This document shows, one piece after another, positions 15,380 to 23,201 of a stretch of DNA of 32,000 bases; position 1 is the first letter of the stretch; every line of letters starts with the position of its first letter. The notes under the pieces were generated by a model. It did not search any database. It was not told where the DNA came from and was given only the letters and a program-made list of their open reading frames with translations. Source of the stretch: Candidatus Saccharimonas aalborgensis (GTDB lineage: Bacteria > Patescibacteriota > Saccharimonadia > Saccharimonadales > Saccharimonadaceae); the NCBI RefSeq assembly GCF_000392435.1, contig NC_021219.1, forward strand, positions 600,001 to 632,000, written 5' to 3'. The translations under genes were made by a program, and so were the position numbers.

Positions 15380-17155
15380 ATGGCAGACACCGGCATTAAG
15401 CAGCAAATTGTCGACAAAATAAAAGACAGTAGCAATATTTTAGTGACAGTCAATAGCAACCCATCGGTTGATGAGCTTAGTGCAGCACTTGGTATTACGT
15501 TACTGATAAACAAGCTAAACAAACACGCCACTGCGGTGTTTAGCGGTGCTATCCCGCCAGCCATCTCGTTTCTTGATCCGGAAAAAACGTTTGAGAGTAC
15601 TGTCGATAGTTTGCGAGACTTTATCATTGCGCTCGACAAAGAAAAAGCCGACCATTTACGCTACAAAGTCGAGGGTGATGTCGTAAAGATATTTATCACG
15701 CCGTACCGAACAACTATCAGCAAAGATGATCTCGATTTCAGCCAGGGTGACTATAACGTCGAATTCGTGTTAGCGGTGGGAGTAAAGAACGAAGAAGACC
15801 TCGACAAAGCACTTTCTGCGCATGGTCGCATCCTTCACGATGCCACAGTAGCGGTCATTGCTTTAGATGACAGCGATCAGAAACTAGGAGGTCTTAATTG
15901 GATCAACCGTGATGCGAGCAGTTTCTCTGAGATGCTTGCTGAACTTAGCGGGTCTCTTGGTGGCGACAAAAAACTCATTGATGAGCAAATTGCCACGGCA
16001 TTTTTGACCGGAATCGTTGCGGCGACAGATCGCTTCAGCAATAACAAGACTACATCAAAGGTGATGACAGAGGCCGCGCAGTTGATGGCGGCAGGTGCGA
16101 ATCAACAGCTCATTGCCACGAAACTCGAGGAAGCTCACGAGATAGCGGTCGAGGCACCTGATTCGTCTTCAGTCGAAGATAACCAGAAGAAAGGTGATAA
16201 AGACGGCTCTTCAAAGGAGGCTCCGCCACAAACAGAAAAACCGGCAGATGGCTCGCTCTCAATATCGCATGAGATGCAGGGAGATATTCAAGAGGTAACT
16301 GATCAAGCAGTAGCCAAAGAGCAGGAAAGTGCAGCAAATAAGGCAGAGGCTGAACTTGCAAAACAGACACAAGAAGTCCAGCAGACTCAGCAGCAACAAG
16401 CTGCCGAGGAGGCGGAGCAAAAGCTTGCCGAAGAGCTCGCACAAACTGTGCCAGCCGCGGCACCTGTGCCTGTCGTCAACGCCGAAAGTCTAGCTGCATC
16501 TACCGCGCCAGTTGAGCCGCAACCGCTCAGAGGTGCAGTCAGCACTGATCAATGGCGTTCTCCTTCAAAGGAGCTTGCCGAACCGCTTATGGGCGGTACC
16601 TTAAATGCGACGACCGAACAAGCCGCCATCGATAAGCAACGTGAGCTTGATGACGACCGTAATCGAACAATTCTAAGTCACAACTCAAGTACCTACGCAA
16701 CCGCACCACCAATGTTCCAAGCACCACTCAATGCAGTCGCTCAGGAGGCGGCGTTGCCATCGGAACCTGCAACGGCCGACATCTTCTCGACAGGTGGACT
16801 TACTTCGCATGCTTCTATGATTGAGCCGCCCGCACCTGAAGCATCGGCGCCAACGCTGGCTGAGATTGATGCTCAGAATCGCGCCGATCACGAAGATGCT
16901 GTCAACGCCGTTAATTTTGCGCTAGGCACGGAGATGGCGACGGCACCCGCACCGGCTCTGCCTTCACCTTCGTTACCACCCTTACCGCCGATGCCGGACT
17001 TTTCGACGCTACCACCCTTACCGCCGACACCGAGTGTTAATTTCGGTGCAACGGTTCCTGATCAGCTTGGTGCCGTCTTACCACCAGTTGATCCAGCGAT
17101 CTCACCGGCACCCGCTCAGGCCGATCCCGCCCAATTCAAAATCCCTGGACGGTAG
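15380..17155 (+). CDS. Degenerate DHH/nanoRNase-like domain protein with long Pro/Ala/Glu-rich C-terminal tail
   Basis: ILVTVNSNPSVDELSAALGITLLINKLNKHATAVFSG resembles the DHH-family N-terminal region; ATAFLTGIVAATDRFSNNKTT resembles motif III; C-terminal LPPLPPMPDFSTLPPLPPTP. Confidence 0.75.
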   Translation: MADTGIKQQIVDKIKDSSNILVTVNSNPSVDELSAALGITLLINKLNKHATAVFSGAIPPAISFLDPEKTFESTVDSLRDFIIALDKEKADHLRYKVEGDVVKIFITPYRTTISKDDLDFSQGDYNVEFVLAVGVKNEEDLDKALSAHGRILHDATVAVIALDDSDQKLGGLNWINRDASSFSEMLAELSGSLGGDKKLIDEQIATAFLTGIVAATDRFSNNKTTSKVMTEAAQLMAAGANQQLIATKLEEAHEIAVEAPDSSSVEDNQKKGDKDGSSKEAPPQTEKPADGSLSISHEMQGDIQEVTDQAVAKEQESAANKAEAELAKQTQEVQQTQQQQAAEEAEQKLAEELAQTVPAAAPVPVVNAESLAASTAPVEPQPLRGAVSTDQWRSPSKELAEPLMGGTLNATTEQAAIDKQRELDDDRNRTILSHNSSTYATAPPMFQAPLNAVAQEAALPSEPATADIFSTGGLTSHASMIEPPAPEASAPTLAEIDAQNRADHEDAVNAVNFALGTEMATAPAPALPSPSLPPLPPMPDFSTLPPLPPTPSVNFGATVPDQLGAVLPPVDPAISPAPAQADPAQFKIPGR

Positions 17156-17176
17156 CAGTAGCGTACAATACATAGT

Positions 17177-17845
17177 GTGGAAAACGATACGATACTGATC
17201 GATAAACCAGCCGGCATGACCAGTTTTGGTGTCGTTGCCCGAATTCGAAGAGTTCTTAGTAAGCGTGCAGGCAAAAAGGTGAAAGTGGGTCATACAGGCA
17301 CACTCGATCCATTTGCAACGGGGTTGATGATCTTGGTGACCGGCAAAGAGTGTCGTAACGCCATGCACTATACCAAGCTCGACAAAGTGTACGAAGCAAC
17401 ATTTGTATTGGGACAGGTTAGCACGACGGGTGATCCAGAGGGTGAAATAACTCTCTCTGAGCAAGAAGTGACTGCTGCGCCCCCACGAGCAACAGTTCAA
17501 GAGGTGTTAGAGCAATTCACTGGTGAGATCCGTCAGCGGCCGCCGATCTTTAGTGCTGTCAAAATTGGTGGTCAGCGTGCCTACAAACTAGCACGTGGCG
17601 GCAAAGAAGTCGAGATGCCGGAGCGCACCGTGACTATCTATTCGCTTGATATACTCGATTATCACTACCCAGAGTTAAAGATACGTACCCACGTTAGTAG
17701 CGGCACATACATTCGTAGCCTGGCTGTCGACATCGGCGAGGCGCTTGGTACTGGCGCGTATTGCCAGCGGCTTCGGCGTAGTAGTATTGCCAAGTGGAAT
17801 GTCGCGGACGCACAGACGCTGGCCGATTTCGGCATCGACGACTAG
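17177..17845 (+). CDS. truB: tRNA pseudouridine(55) synthase
   Basis: ILIDKPAGMTSFGVVARIRR, KVGHTGTLDPFATGLMILVTG, RTHVSSGTYIRSLAVDIGEALG; GTG start. Confidence 0.95.
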   Translation: MENDTILIDKPAGMTSFGVVARIRRVLSKRAGKKVKVGHTGTLDPFATGLMILVTGKECRNAMHYTKLDKVYEATFVLGQVSTTGDPEGEITLSEQEVTAAPPRATVQEVLEQFTGEIRQRPPIFSAVKIGGQRAYKLARGGKEVEMPERTVTIYSLDILDYHYPELKIRTHVSSGTYIRSLAVDIGEALGTGAYCQRLRRSSIAKWNVADAQTLADFGIDD

Positions 17846-17874
17846 CATAAGAAGTTTGCTATACTACATCCATA

Positions 17875-18255
17875 ATGACCGTCTCACAAAAGCGCAAATT
17901 ACGGCGATTTTTGTTCATAAAAGAAATGATAATGACCGTACTTGTAGTCGGTAGCTTCGTCTTTTTGGCGCTCGAACATTTTGAACAACTTACGGACTCG
18001 CAGCTTGCTAGGGTAGAAGTGTACGAAATAACGGTCGCCTTCATCTTTCTGGCGGAGTTTTTGTTTGAGTGGTACTATGCCCGCGACCGCCGGAGATACC
18101 TCCGGACACACTGGTTTTATCTCATCGCGGCTGTACCGGTGCCAACGGCCACGTTTGAGTTGCTCAAGGGTATTCGCCTTCTGAGACTTCTCAAGTTGCT
18201 CAAAATCTTTGCTGCCTATCGCTACGAGCACAACACCCGTTTGTTCTCCAGATGA
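17875..18255 (+). CDS. Small membrane protein resembling an isolated voltage-sensor domain (S1-S4) of ion channels
   Basis: VYEITVAFIFLAEFLFEWYYARDRRRYLRTHWFYLIAAVPVPTATFELLKGIRLLRLLKLLKIF resembles channel S2-S4; no pore segment. Confidence 0.65.
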   Translation: MTVSQKRKLRRFLFIKEMIMTVLVVGSFVFLALEHFEQLTDSQLARVEVYEITVAFIFLAEFLFEWYYARDRRRYLRTHWFYLIAAVPVPTATFELLKGIRLLRLLKLLKIFAAYRYEHNTRLFSR

Positions 18256-18269
18256 GAGAAGGCTGAAAA

Positions 18270-18298
18270 TTGACTTATTGCCGCAAGTATGATAATAT
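18270..18298 (+). promoter_or_regulatory. Promoter TTGACT-17 nt-TAATAT
   Basis: Motif reading upstream of the 18328 ORF. Confidence 0.55.
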
Positions 18299-18327
18299 AT
18301 AGGTATACACGATAGAAAAATAAAAAA

Positions 18328-18747
18328 ATGAAGAATACTCGCTCAGTACCAGGTGAAAAGCCGACCTCAGATGAAGTTGACGCCTCAATTGCTGCGCTAG
18401 AATCTTTGCTTGATCGCGCCTTCTGTAGCGAGGATGAGCTGCGGATGATGTCACATGATCAACGAATTGCAGCTAGCGATGCGAGATTGTATGTCGTTGG
18501 TCTCTTTGATAAGGTTAATCGACTCGACCTAGAAGGTAATTGCAATACAAACGACAAGTCTGCTAGTGACGAGACGGAGGATGATGAGTTTTATGCCATA
18601 GTACCCTCACCGCGACCTTCAATCGATAGACCTCGACAGATTGCATGGGCATTGCAGCGCGGTATCTTGATGAACTTACACGTGCTAACCAACACAAAGC
18701 GGTGTGGGATTTTGATAATCAGCGCAAGCAGGTGGTTGAGGAGCTAG
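18328..18747 (+). CDS. Hypothetical ORF; possibly the N-terminal part of the following protein (-1 frame relation)
   Basis: Open frame with promoter; overlaps the next ORF by ~103 bp. Confidence 0.5.
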   Translation: MKNTRSVPGEKPTSDEVDASIAALESLLDRAFCSEDELRMMSHDQRIAASDARLYVVGLFDKVNRLDLEGNCNTNDKSASDETEDDEFYAIVPSPRPSIDRPRQIAWALQRGILMNLHVLTNTKRCGILIISASRWLRS

Positions 18748-19898
18748 CCCAGTCACTGCGCGCGTCAATACCAAACCGAGATACGGCTCACGATTTCTTA
18801 GGCGCCCTTGAGGAACTGTCCCAAAACCATACATTCCGCGATACGAGCGGTCGGATACTGTCAGCAAATTTTGGGTATCTTGATCAGTTATTGGACGAAA
18901 AAGGCAAGGAAAAGTATTGGCAAATCGTGATGCAGCCCGAAGTATTCAAGACGGTCGGTAACGTATTTGAAAATGCAAACTGGACGAGGGACTGGAGGAG
19001 TGAGGAAAATGGATTTATCTTTCTCCATAACTTTTTAGCGAGGCTTGGTATCAAAGAAGTAGATGAGGTCGTGCGGACGGTCAATGAAGACTCGACAGAT
19101 CTCATGCTTTGTCTCTCTGGCCTTGAGCAAGAACGACCCGGTGCGATCCAGGTACTGCATTCATTTTATGGCATTCGAAACTTTGGTCGGTGGGGCAAAG
19201 AGTTCTTAACTGAGCAGTATGATTGTCATGGGGACACCACGAAGCCCTACGGCCTCCTTATTACTGCACTTGATGACCGGGGCGATGACGGAAAAGAAGC
19301 ATTTCGAAAAGATGGTGGCAGGGGAAAGACTCATTCACTTGATAAGCATTTCGTAAGGGCGATAGAAGTAGCATCGGCACCAGAGTTGGTGCAGAGGCTT
19401 AATTTGCTCAAAGATATGTATGGGCATGAGCACCAGATTGATTTCTGTGTTTTGACAGGTCATGGTGCATCTGAGTCAATCTGTCTCAGCGCAATTGGCG
19501 ACAAACTTGGTTCACTGGCAGTAGGCCAGGATTTTTCGCGTCTTTACAGATGGTTTTCGCCCGATGCGACGATTGTTTTGCAGTCTTGTTCGACTGGTGC
19601 TCAGGGCGGCCTTGCTCAGACTATCTCACGTCAATCAGGTTTGCGTGTGATTGCGCCGCCTGTCTCTGCGGGCTGCACGATGTATTATCGTTACGAGGGT
19701 GATAGGGTGATTGCAGAACCAGATTATCGTATTGCGGTAAATGAAACGAATGAGCTAGGAAGTTTTGACTATGTACAACCGGCTATGTATATAGCTGGAG
19801 AGTTAGTCGACCCAACATCAGGAGAATATACATCCTATTTTAAGGGGCTTGCAGAGCATCGAGCGGAGTCTCCCGATCGCAAAGGAAATGTTTGGTGA
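18645..19898 (+). CDS. Putative caspase-fold (clan CD-like) cysteine peptidase/pseudopeptidase
   Basis: FCVLTGHGASESI (His motif) and ATIVLQSCSTGAQGGLAQTISRQSGLRVIAPP (Cys motif), typical order of clan CD His...Cys dyads. Confidence 0.6.
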   Translation: MGIAARYLDELTRANQHKAVWDFDNQRKQVVEELAQSLRASIPNRDTAHDFLGALEELSQNHTFRDTSGRILSANFGYLDQLLDEKGKEKYWQIVMQPEVFKTVGNVFENANWTRDWRSEENGFIFLHNFLARLGIKEVDEVVRTVNEDSTDLMLCLSGLEQERPGAIQVLHSFYGIRNFGRWGKEFLTEQYDCHGDTTKPYGLLITALDDRGDDGKEAFRKDGGRGKTHSLDKHFVRAIEVASAPELVQRLNLLKDMYGHEHQIDFCVLTGHGASESICLSAIGDKLGSLAVGQDFSRLYRWFSPDATIVLQSCSTGAQGGLAQTISRQSGLRVIAPPVSAGCTMYYRYEGDRVIAEPDYRIAVNETNELGSFDYVQPAMYIAGELVDPTSGEYTSYFKGLAEHRAESPDRKGNVW

Positions 19899-19907
19899 CG
19901 AGGCTGT

Positions 19908-19936
19908 TTGACACTAGAGTATCTATCTGTTACAAT
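19908..19936 (+). promoter_or_regulatory. rpsO promoter TTGACA-17 nt-TACAAT
   Basis: Perfect -35, near-perfect -10, ideal spacing, 8 nt before ATG 19945. Confidence 0.85.
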
Positions 19937-19944
19937 CATCAGTC

Positions 19945-20211
19945 ATGATATCAAAGGACGATAAAGCAAAAGCGATAGCTTTGACTCAGGTCAACAAAAG
20001 CGACGTCGGTAGCCCACAGGCACAGATTTCGATTTTGACGGCTCGTATCAAAGAGGTGACTGAGCATCTAAAGGTCAACAAGCACGACAATATGGCGCGC
20101 CGCGGACTGATTCAGATGGTGGGGAGGCGTAAAAGGCTCCTCAAATACCTTGAAAGTACGGACTTTGAGGCCTACAAGGCAACGCTTGACAAACTAGGGC
20201 TTCGCAAATAA
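19945..20211 (+). CDS. rpsO: 30S ribosomal protein S15
   Basis: DVGSPQAQISILTARIKEVTEHLKVNKHDNMARRGLIQMVGRRKRLLKYLESTD. Confidence 0.96.
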   Translation: MISKDDKAKAIALTQVNKSDVGSPQAQISILTARIKEVTEHLKVNKHDNMARRGLIQMVGRRKRLLKYLESTDFEAYKATLDKLGLRK

Positions 20212-20222
20212 GCCCGCAACCG

Positions 20223-20253
20223 CTCCCTTCCGCTACATGAGGGGAGTTTTTGT
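20223..20253 (+). terminator. Rho-independent-like terminator after rpsO
   Basis: ctccct...aggggag followed by TTTTTGTT. Confidence 0.7.
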
Positions 20254-20265
20254 TATACTATGCCT

Positions 20266-20874
20266 ATGACTAGAGTAGATACGATAAAGAGTGTTGTCTT
20301 TGCAACTGGCAATCACGGAAAAGCAAAGACGCTCGAGCGCTACCTAAAACATCACAATATAATGGTGCGAGTCGTTCCCAGATCACTCGATATCATAGAA
20401 CCGCAAGCCGATACAGCCGAGGAAATTGCCCTCATGAAGGGTCGGCAGGCGTACCAGCAGGTGCATGGTCCGGTACTTGTCGATGACAGTTCGTTTCATA
20501 TCGATGCCCTCGGTGGATTTCCCGGTCCCTACATCAAATACATGCTGACCACCATCGGTATCGACGGCATTATGGCGTTTATGGAGGGTCAGACAAATAG
20601 GAAGGCACATTTCCTGAGTTGCCTCGTCTATATTGACGAGAAGGGCAACGAGCATATATTTACCGATGAGCCATTTCGTGGCAGCATAGCTGAGCGGGCC
20701 GATACGTATGTACATCCGGAAGAATGGAGTCCATTGTGGCGGATATTTATCCCCGAGGGTCTGGACAAAACTCTCTCGCAGCTTAGTGCCAGCGAACGCA
20801 TGCTCACTTCTGTGAAGCGTGAAGAAAATGATGCGTACGCGAAGTTCTGTGGTTGGCTGAAAAGCTCACAATAA
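20266..20874 (+). CDS. Ham1/RdgB-like non-canonical purine NTP pyrophosphatase family protein
   Basis: VVFATGNHGKAKTLERYLK, VLVDDSSFHIDALGGFPGPYIKYML. ATG at 20260 is in frame; 20266 preferred because a -10 (TATACT) ends at 20259. Confidence 0.8.
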   Translation: MTRVDTIKSVVFATGNHGKAKTLERYLKHHNIMVRVVPRSLDIIEPQADTAEEIALMKGRQAYQQVHGPVLVDDSSFHIDALGGFPGPYIKYMLTTIGIDGIMAFMEGQTNRKAHFLSCLVYIDEKGNEHIFTDEPFRGSIAERADTYVHPEEWSPLWRIFIPEGLDKTLSQLSASERMLTSVKREENDAYAKFCGWLKSSQ

Positions 20875-20915
20875 GCGACTGCCATCAGGGGTTTGTCGGA
20901 CAGCAAAAGAAGCTA

Positions 20916-20944
20916 TTGCAAAATGTCTCATATCTTGGTATAAT
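20916..20944 (+). promoter_or_regulatory. Strong promoter TTGCAA-17 nt-TATAAT
   Basis: Perfect -10 with 17-nt spacer. Confidence 0.75.
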
Positions 20945-20957
20945 AACCAAAAGAATC

Positions 20958-21059
20958 ATGAATTCACTAGATCAAACAGGTGGGAATTCAGAACAACTTG
21001 ACGGTATCACCAACCTTTCTCGCCGCGGCGACGAAGTGATCGAGTATATATTTACGTAG
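20958..21059 (+). CDS. 33-aa small ORF MNSLDQTGGNSEQLDGITNLSRRGDEVIEYIFT
   Basis: Short ORF 13 nt downstream of a strong promoter; may be a remnant. Confidence 0.3.
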   Translation: MNSLDQTGGNSEQLDGITNLSRRGDEVIEYIFT

Positions 21060-21120
21060 TACGATACGTTTTACCTAGGTTGTATTCCATAATTGCTAAT
21101 AAATAATAAGGGCCGTCAAT

Positions 21121-21758
21121 TTGCCACTCATTGGCACCACAACACCAGGGCATGTCGATAATGGGACCTTTATCGCTGACAGAAGTGTCAGGATATACAA
21201 CAGCACTAATGGCACTGGCACAATGGGGAAAGTATTGTTCTTCAATCTCGGCAACAATGATCTAACAACAGCTGAGGCAGTCTGGGCACTTAAATCGATC
21301 ATGAACCGACGAAGCACCTTAGGTTTACCTAATCTGCTATTTTACACTATGATTGGACCATTCTCGCATACAACTTCAAATAGTTATCCAAACTGTCAGA
21401 TATATGACCACATTGATCACTACGCCATTCATGACGCGCTTTTTAACTATGACCTTGGCATGCCAACACCAAGCTTTCAAGCTGCCGCCACGTGCGCAAC
21501 TGATCCAGACTACCAGGTTAATCCACGAACAGCGTGGGTTTCAAGTACTGCCTACGTTAATCCAGTAACCCTTCAGCGTGTTGGCTTCTTCCAGCGTGAC
21601 TATGGATGGATTGGAATGATTCCGTAGGTAGCAGTGGAACATCAGGTATGGGGTGGTACGCAAACCCCAGTACTACGACCCAAATAAGTACCGGTTCTAT
21701 CAAGAACAATTCGCCTTTCATGAAATATCAAACATTCTGGCAGAGATTCGTTCGGTAA
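21121..21758 (+). pseudogene. Orphan gene disrupted by a frameshift at ~21624
   Basis: TTG-start ORF ends ..RDYGWIGMIP*; the other frame continues VGSSGTSGMGWYANPSTTTQISTGSIKNNSPFMKYQTFWQRFVR* to 21758. Confidence 0.5.
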
Positions 21759-21774
21759 AGCTTTTCGTGCTATG

Positions 21775-21810
21775 ACAACATGCACTCCTCTTCTACGGGG
21801 AGTGCATTGT
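21775..21810 (+). other. Strong hairpin ACA..ATGCACTCC / GGAGTGCAT-TGT
   Basis: 9-bp perfect stem plus flanking pairs; no U-tract. Confidence 0.6.
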
Positions 21811-22108
21811 ATAAAGAATGCGTGATTTTGTAGATACATCTATAGTGGGTCAGTGGTATATTTTTCTATCCCTACAAAGCAGCTCCTTGCTGACTGAACC
21901 TCATCGAGACGAGCGAGAATATGTTGTTAAAACACTCAGCAGAAAAGCTCTAAGGATTCACAGATTATTCCATCCAGCAATTAACTAACCCACTAATTAT
22001 TTAAAAATAATTTTTTGTAAACATGGATCACCACTATCCGGGTAGGTAGTAGCTTAGTTGACAAAATTACTCTGGCATGATACTATACACATATAACAGG
22101 TATCCTAA

Positions 22109-23155
22109 ATTCACCCCCCAATCAGGACACTCCCTCTAGAATTAATCCTTTCTCTTTTGCAACTTGTAATGAACTTTTGTAGCCGAGGATCTTCCTCGGC
22201 TTGTTGTTGATGCGCGTGAGCGCCATGTCAACATCCGTTTGTGTCACTGTAGCAAAGTCGGTGCCCTTCGGGAAGTAGCGACGCAGCATCTTGTTGGTGT
22301 TCTCGACACTGCCTTTTTGCCAAGAGGAATAGGGGTCAGTAAAGAAGACGGGCGCGCCCGTCTTCTTAGTGACGAGTGCGTGGCGCCTGTTCTCGATGCC
22401 GTTATCAGTCGTCATACTGCGAACCCCCAGCCCACTCGCGAGTCGCGAGATGGTGTGTGCGTACGGCTCTGGCTTCAGGTTAGGTACGAGCTTCGCTCGT
22501 ACCAGTCGTGAAGACCGTTCGGTAAGGACAGCGAGTGCAGAGACGCTCCCTGGGTGCTTGCTGCTCACGACGCTGTCGTATTCACAGTGACCGGTCTCGG
22601 CTCGGTCTAGAGCGACCAGCGGTCGCTCTGTGACGGAAGTGCGGTCGGGAATCATGACGTGACCCGCCCTGAGTTGTCTGCGTGGTTTCTTGCGGTAACG
22701 CTTCGAGTACAGCAACGGGCAGTACTGTTGTCCCCAGGCACTGCGCAACCATTCATAGATGGCCGTCTTGCTGGCATAGATACCAAGCGCTGAGTTGGCT
22801 CTGAGATAGCCGGCTATCTCGTCTGGATTCCAGTGCTCAGAGAGTTTCAGGACGATGAACGAGCGAAGCTCGTCATTGTCTTGAATCTTCTTGCCTTGGT
22901 AGCGAGCATACTTACGCCGTACATAGGCTTTGTGTTTGGCGTGGGTAGCGACGTATCTCCCATCCTTGAGGCTATTGCGTTGCAGCTCGGTCGCAATGGT
23001 ATTGGGACTGCGCCCCAATGCACGGGCGATGGCCCGTGCAGAATAGCCTTTGGTATGGAGGATGTCTATCTCGCTCCGCTCGGCATCCGTTACCTTTGAT
23101 GCTTTCTTCATGGTGTGTATTGTCTAGCATCGGGTGTCCTGATTCAAAACGGAAT
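22109..23155. mobile_element. IS30-family insertion sequence
   Basis: Full-length transposase flanked by imperfect inverted repeats ATTC(7 nt)AATCAGGACAC at 22109-22130 and (reverse complement) 23134-23155. Confidence 0.85.
22122..23111 (-). CDS. IS30 family transposase
   Basis: N-terminal HTH ERSEIDILHTKGYSARAIARALGRSPNTIATELQRN; DDE region ETGHCEYDSVVS, MTTDNGIEN, FFTDPYSSWQKGSVENTNKMLRRYFPKGTDF. Confidence 0.96.
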   Translation of the reverse strand: MKKASKVTDAERSEIDILHTKGYSARAIARALGRSPNTIATELQRNSLKDGRYVATHAKHKAYVRRKYARYQGKKIQDNDELRSFIVLKLSEHWNPDEIAGYLRANSALGIYASKTAIYEWLRSAWGQQYCPLLYSKRYRKKPRRQLRAGHVMIPDRTSVTERPLVALDRAETGHCEYDSVVSSKHPGSVSALAVLTERSSRLVRAKLVPNLKPEPYAHTISRLASGLGVRSMTTDNGIENRRHALVTKKTGAPVFFTDPYSSWQKGSVENTNKMLRRYFPKGTDFATVTQTDVDMALTRINNKPRKILGYKSSLQVAKEKGLILEGVS

Positions 23156-23201
23156 GGAGGTATACACTTGCTAAAATCAAAAAGTTATCAAAGGAAAAAC
23201 C

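Noticed and set aside
22109-23155. Transposon-associated cargo or defence genes inside the IS
   Set aside because: Only the transposase fits between the inverted repeats; minus- and plus-strand small ORFs are shadows.
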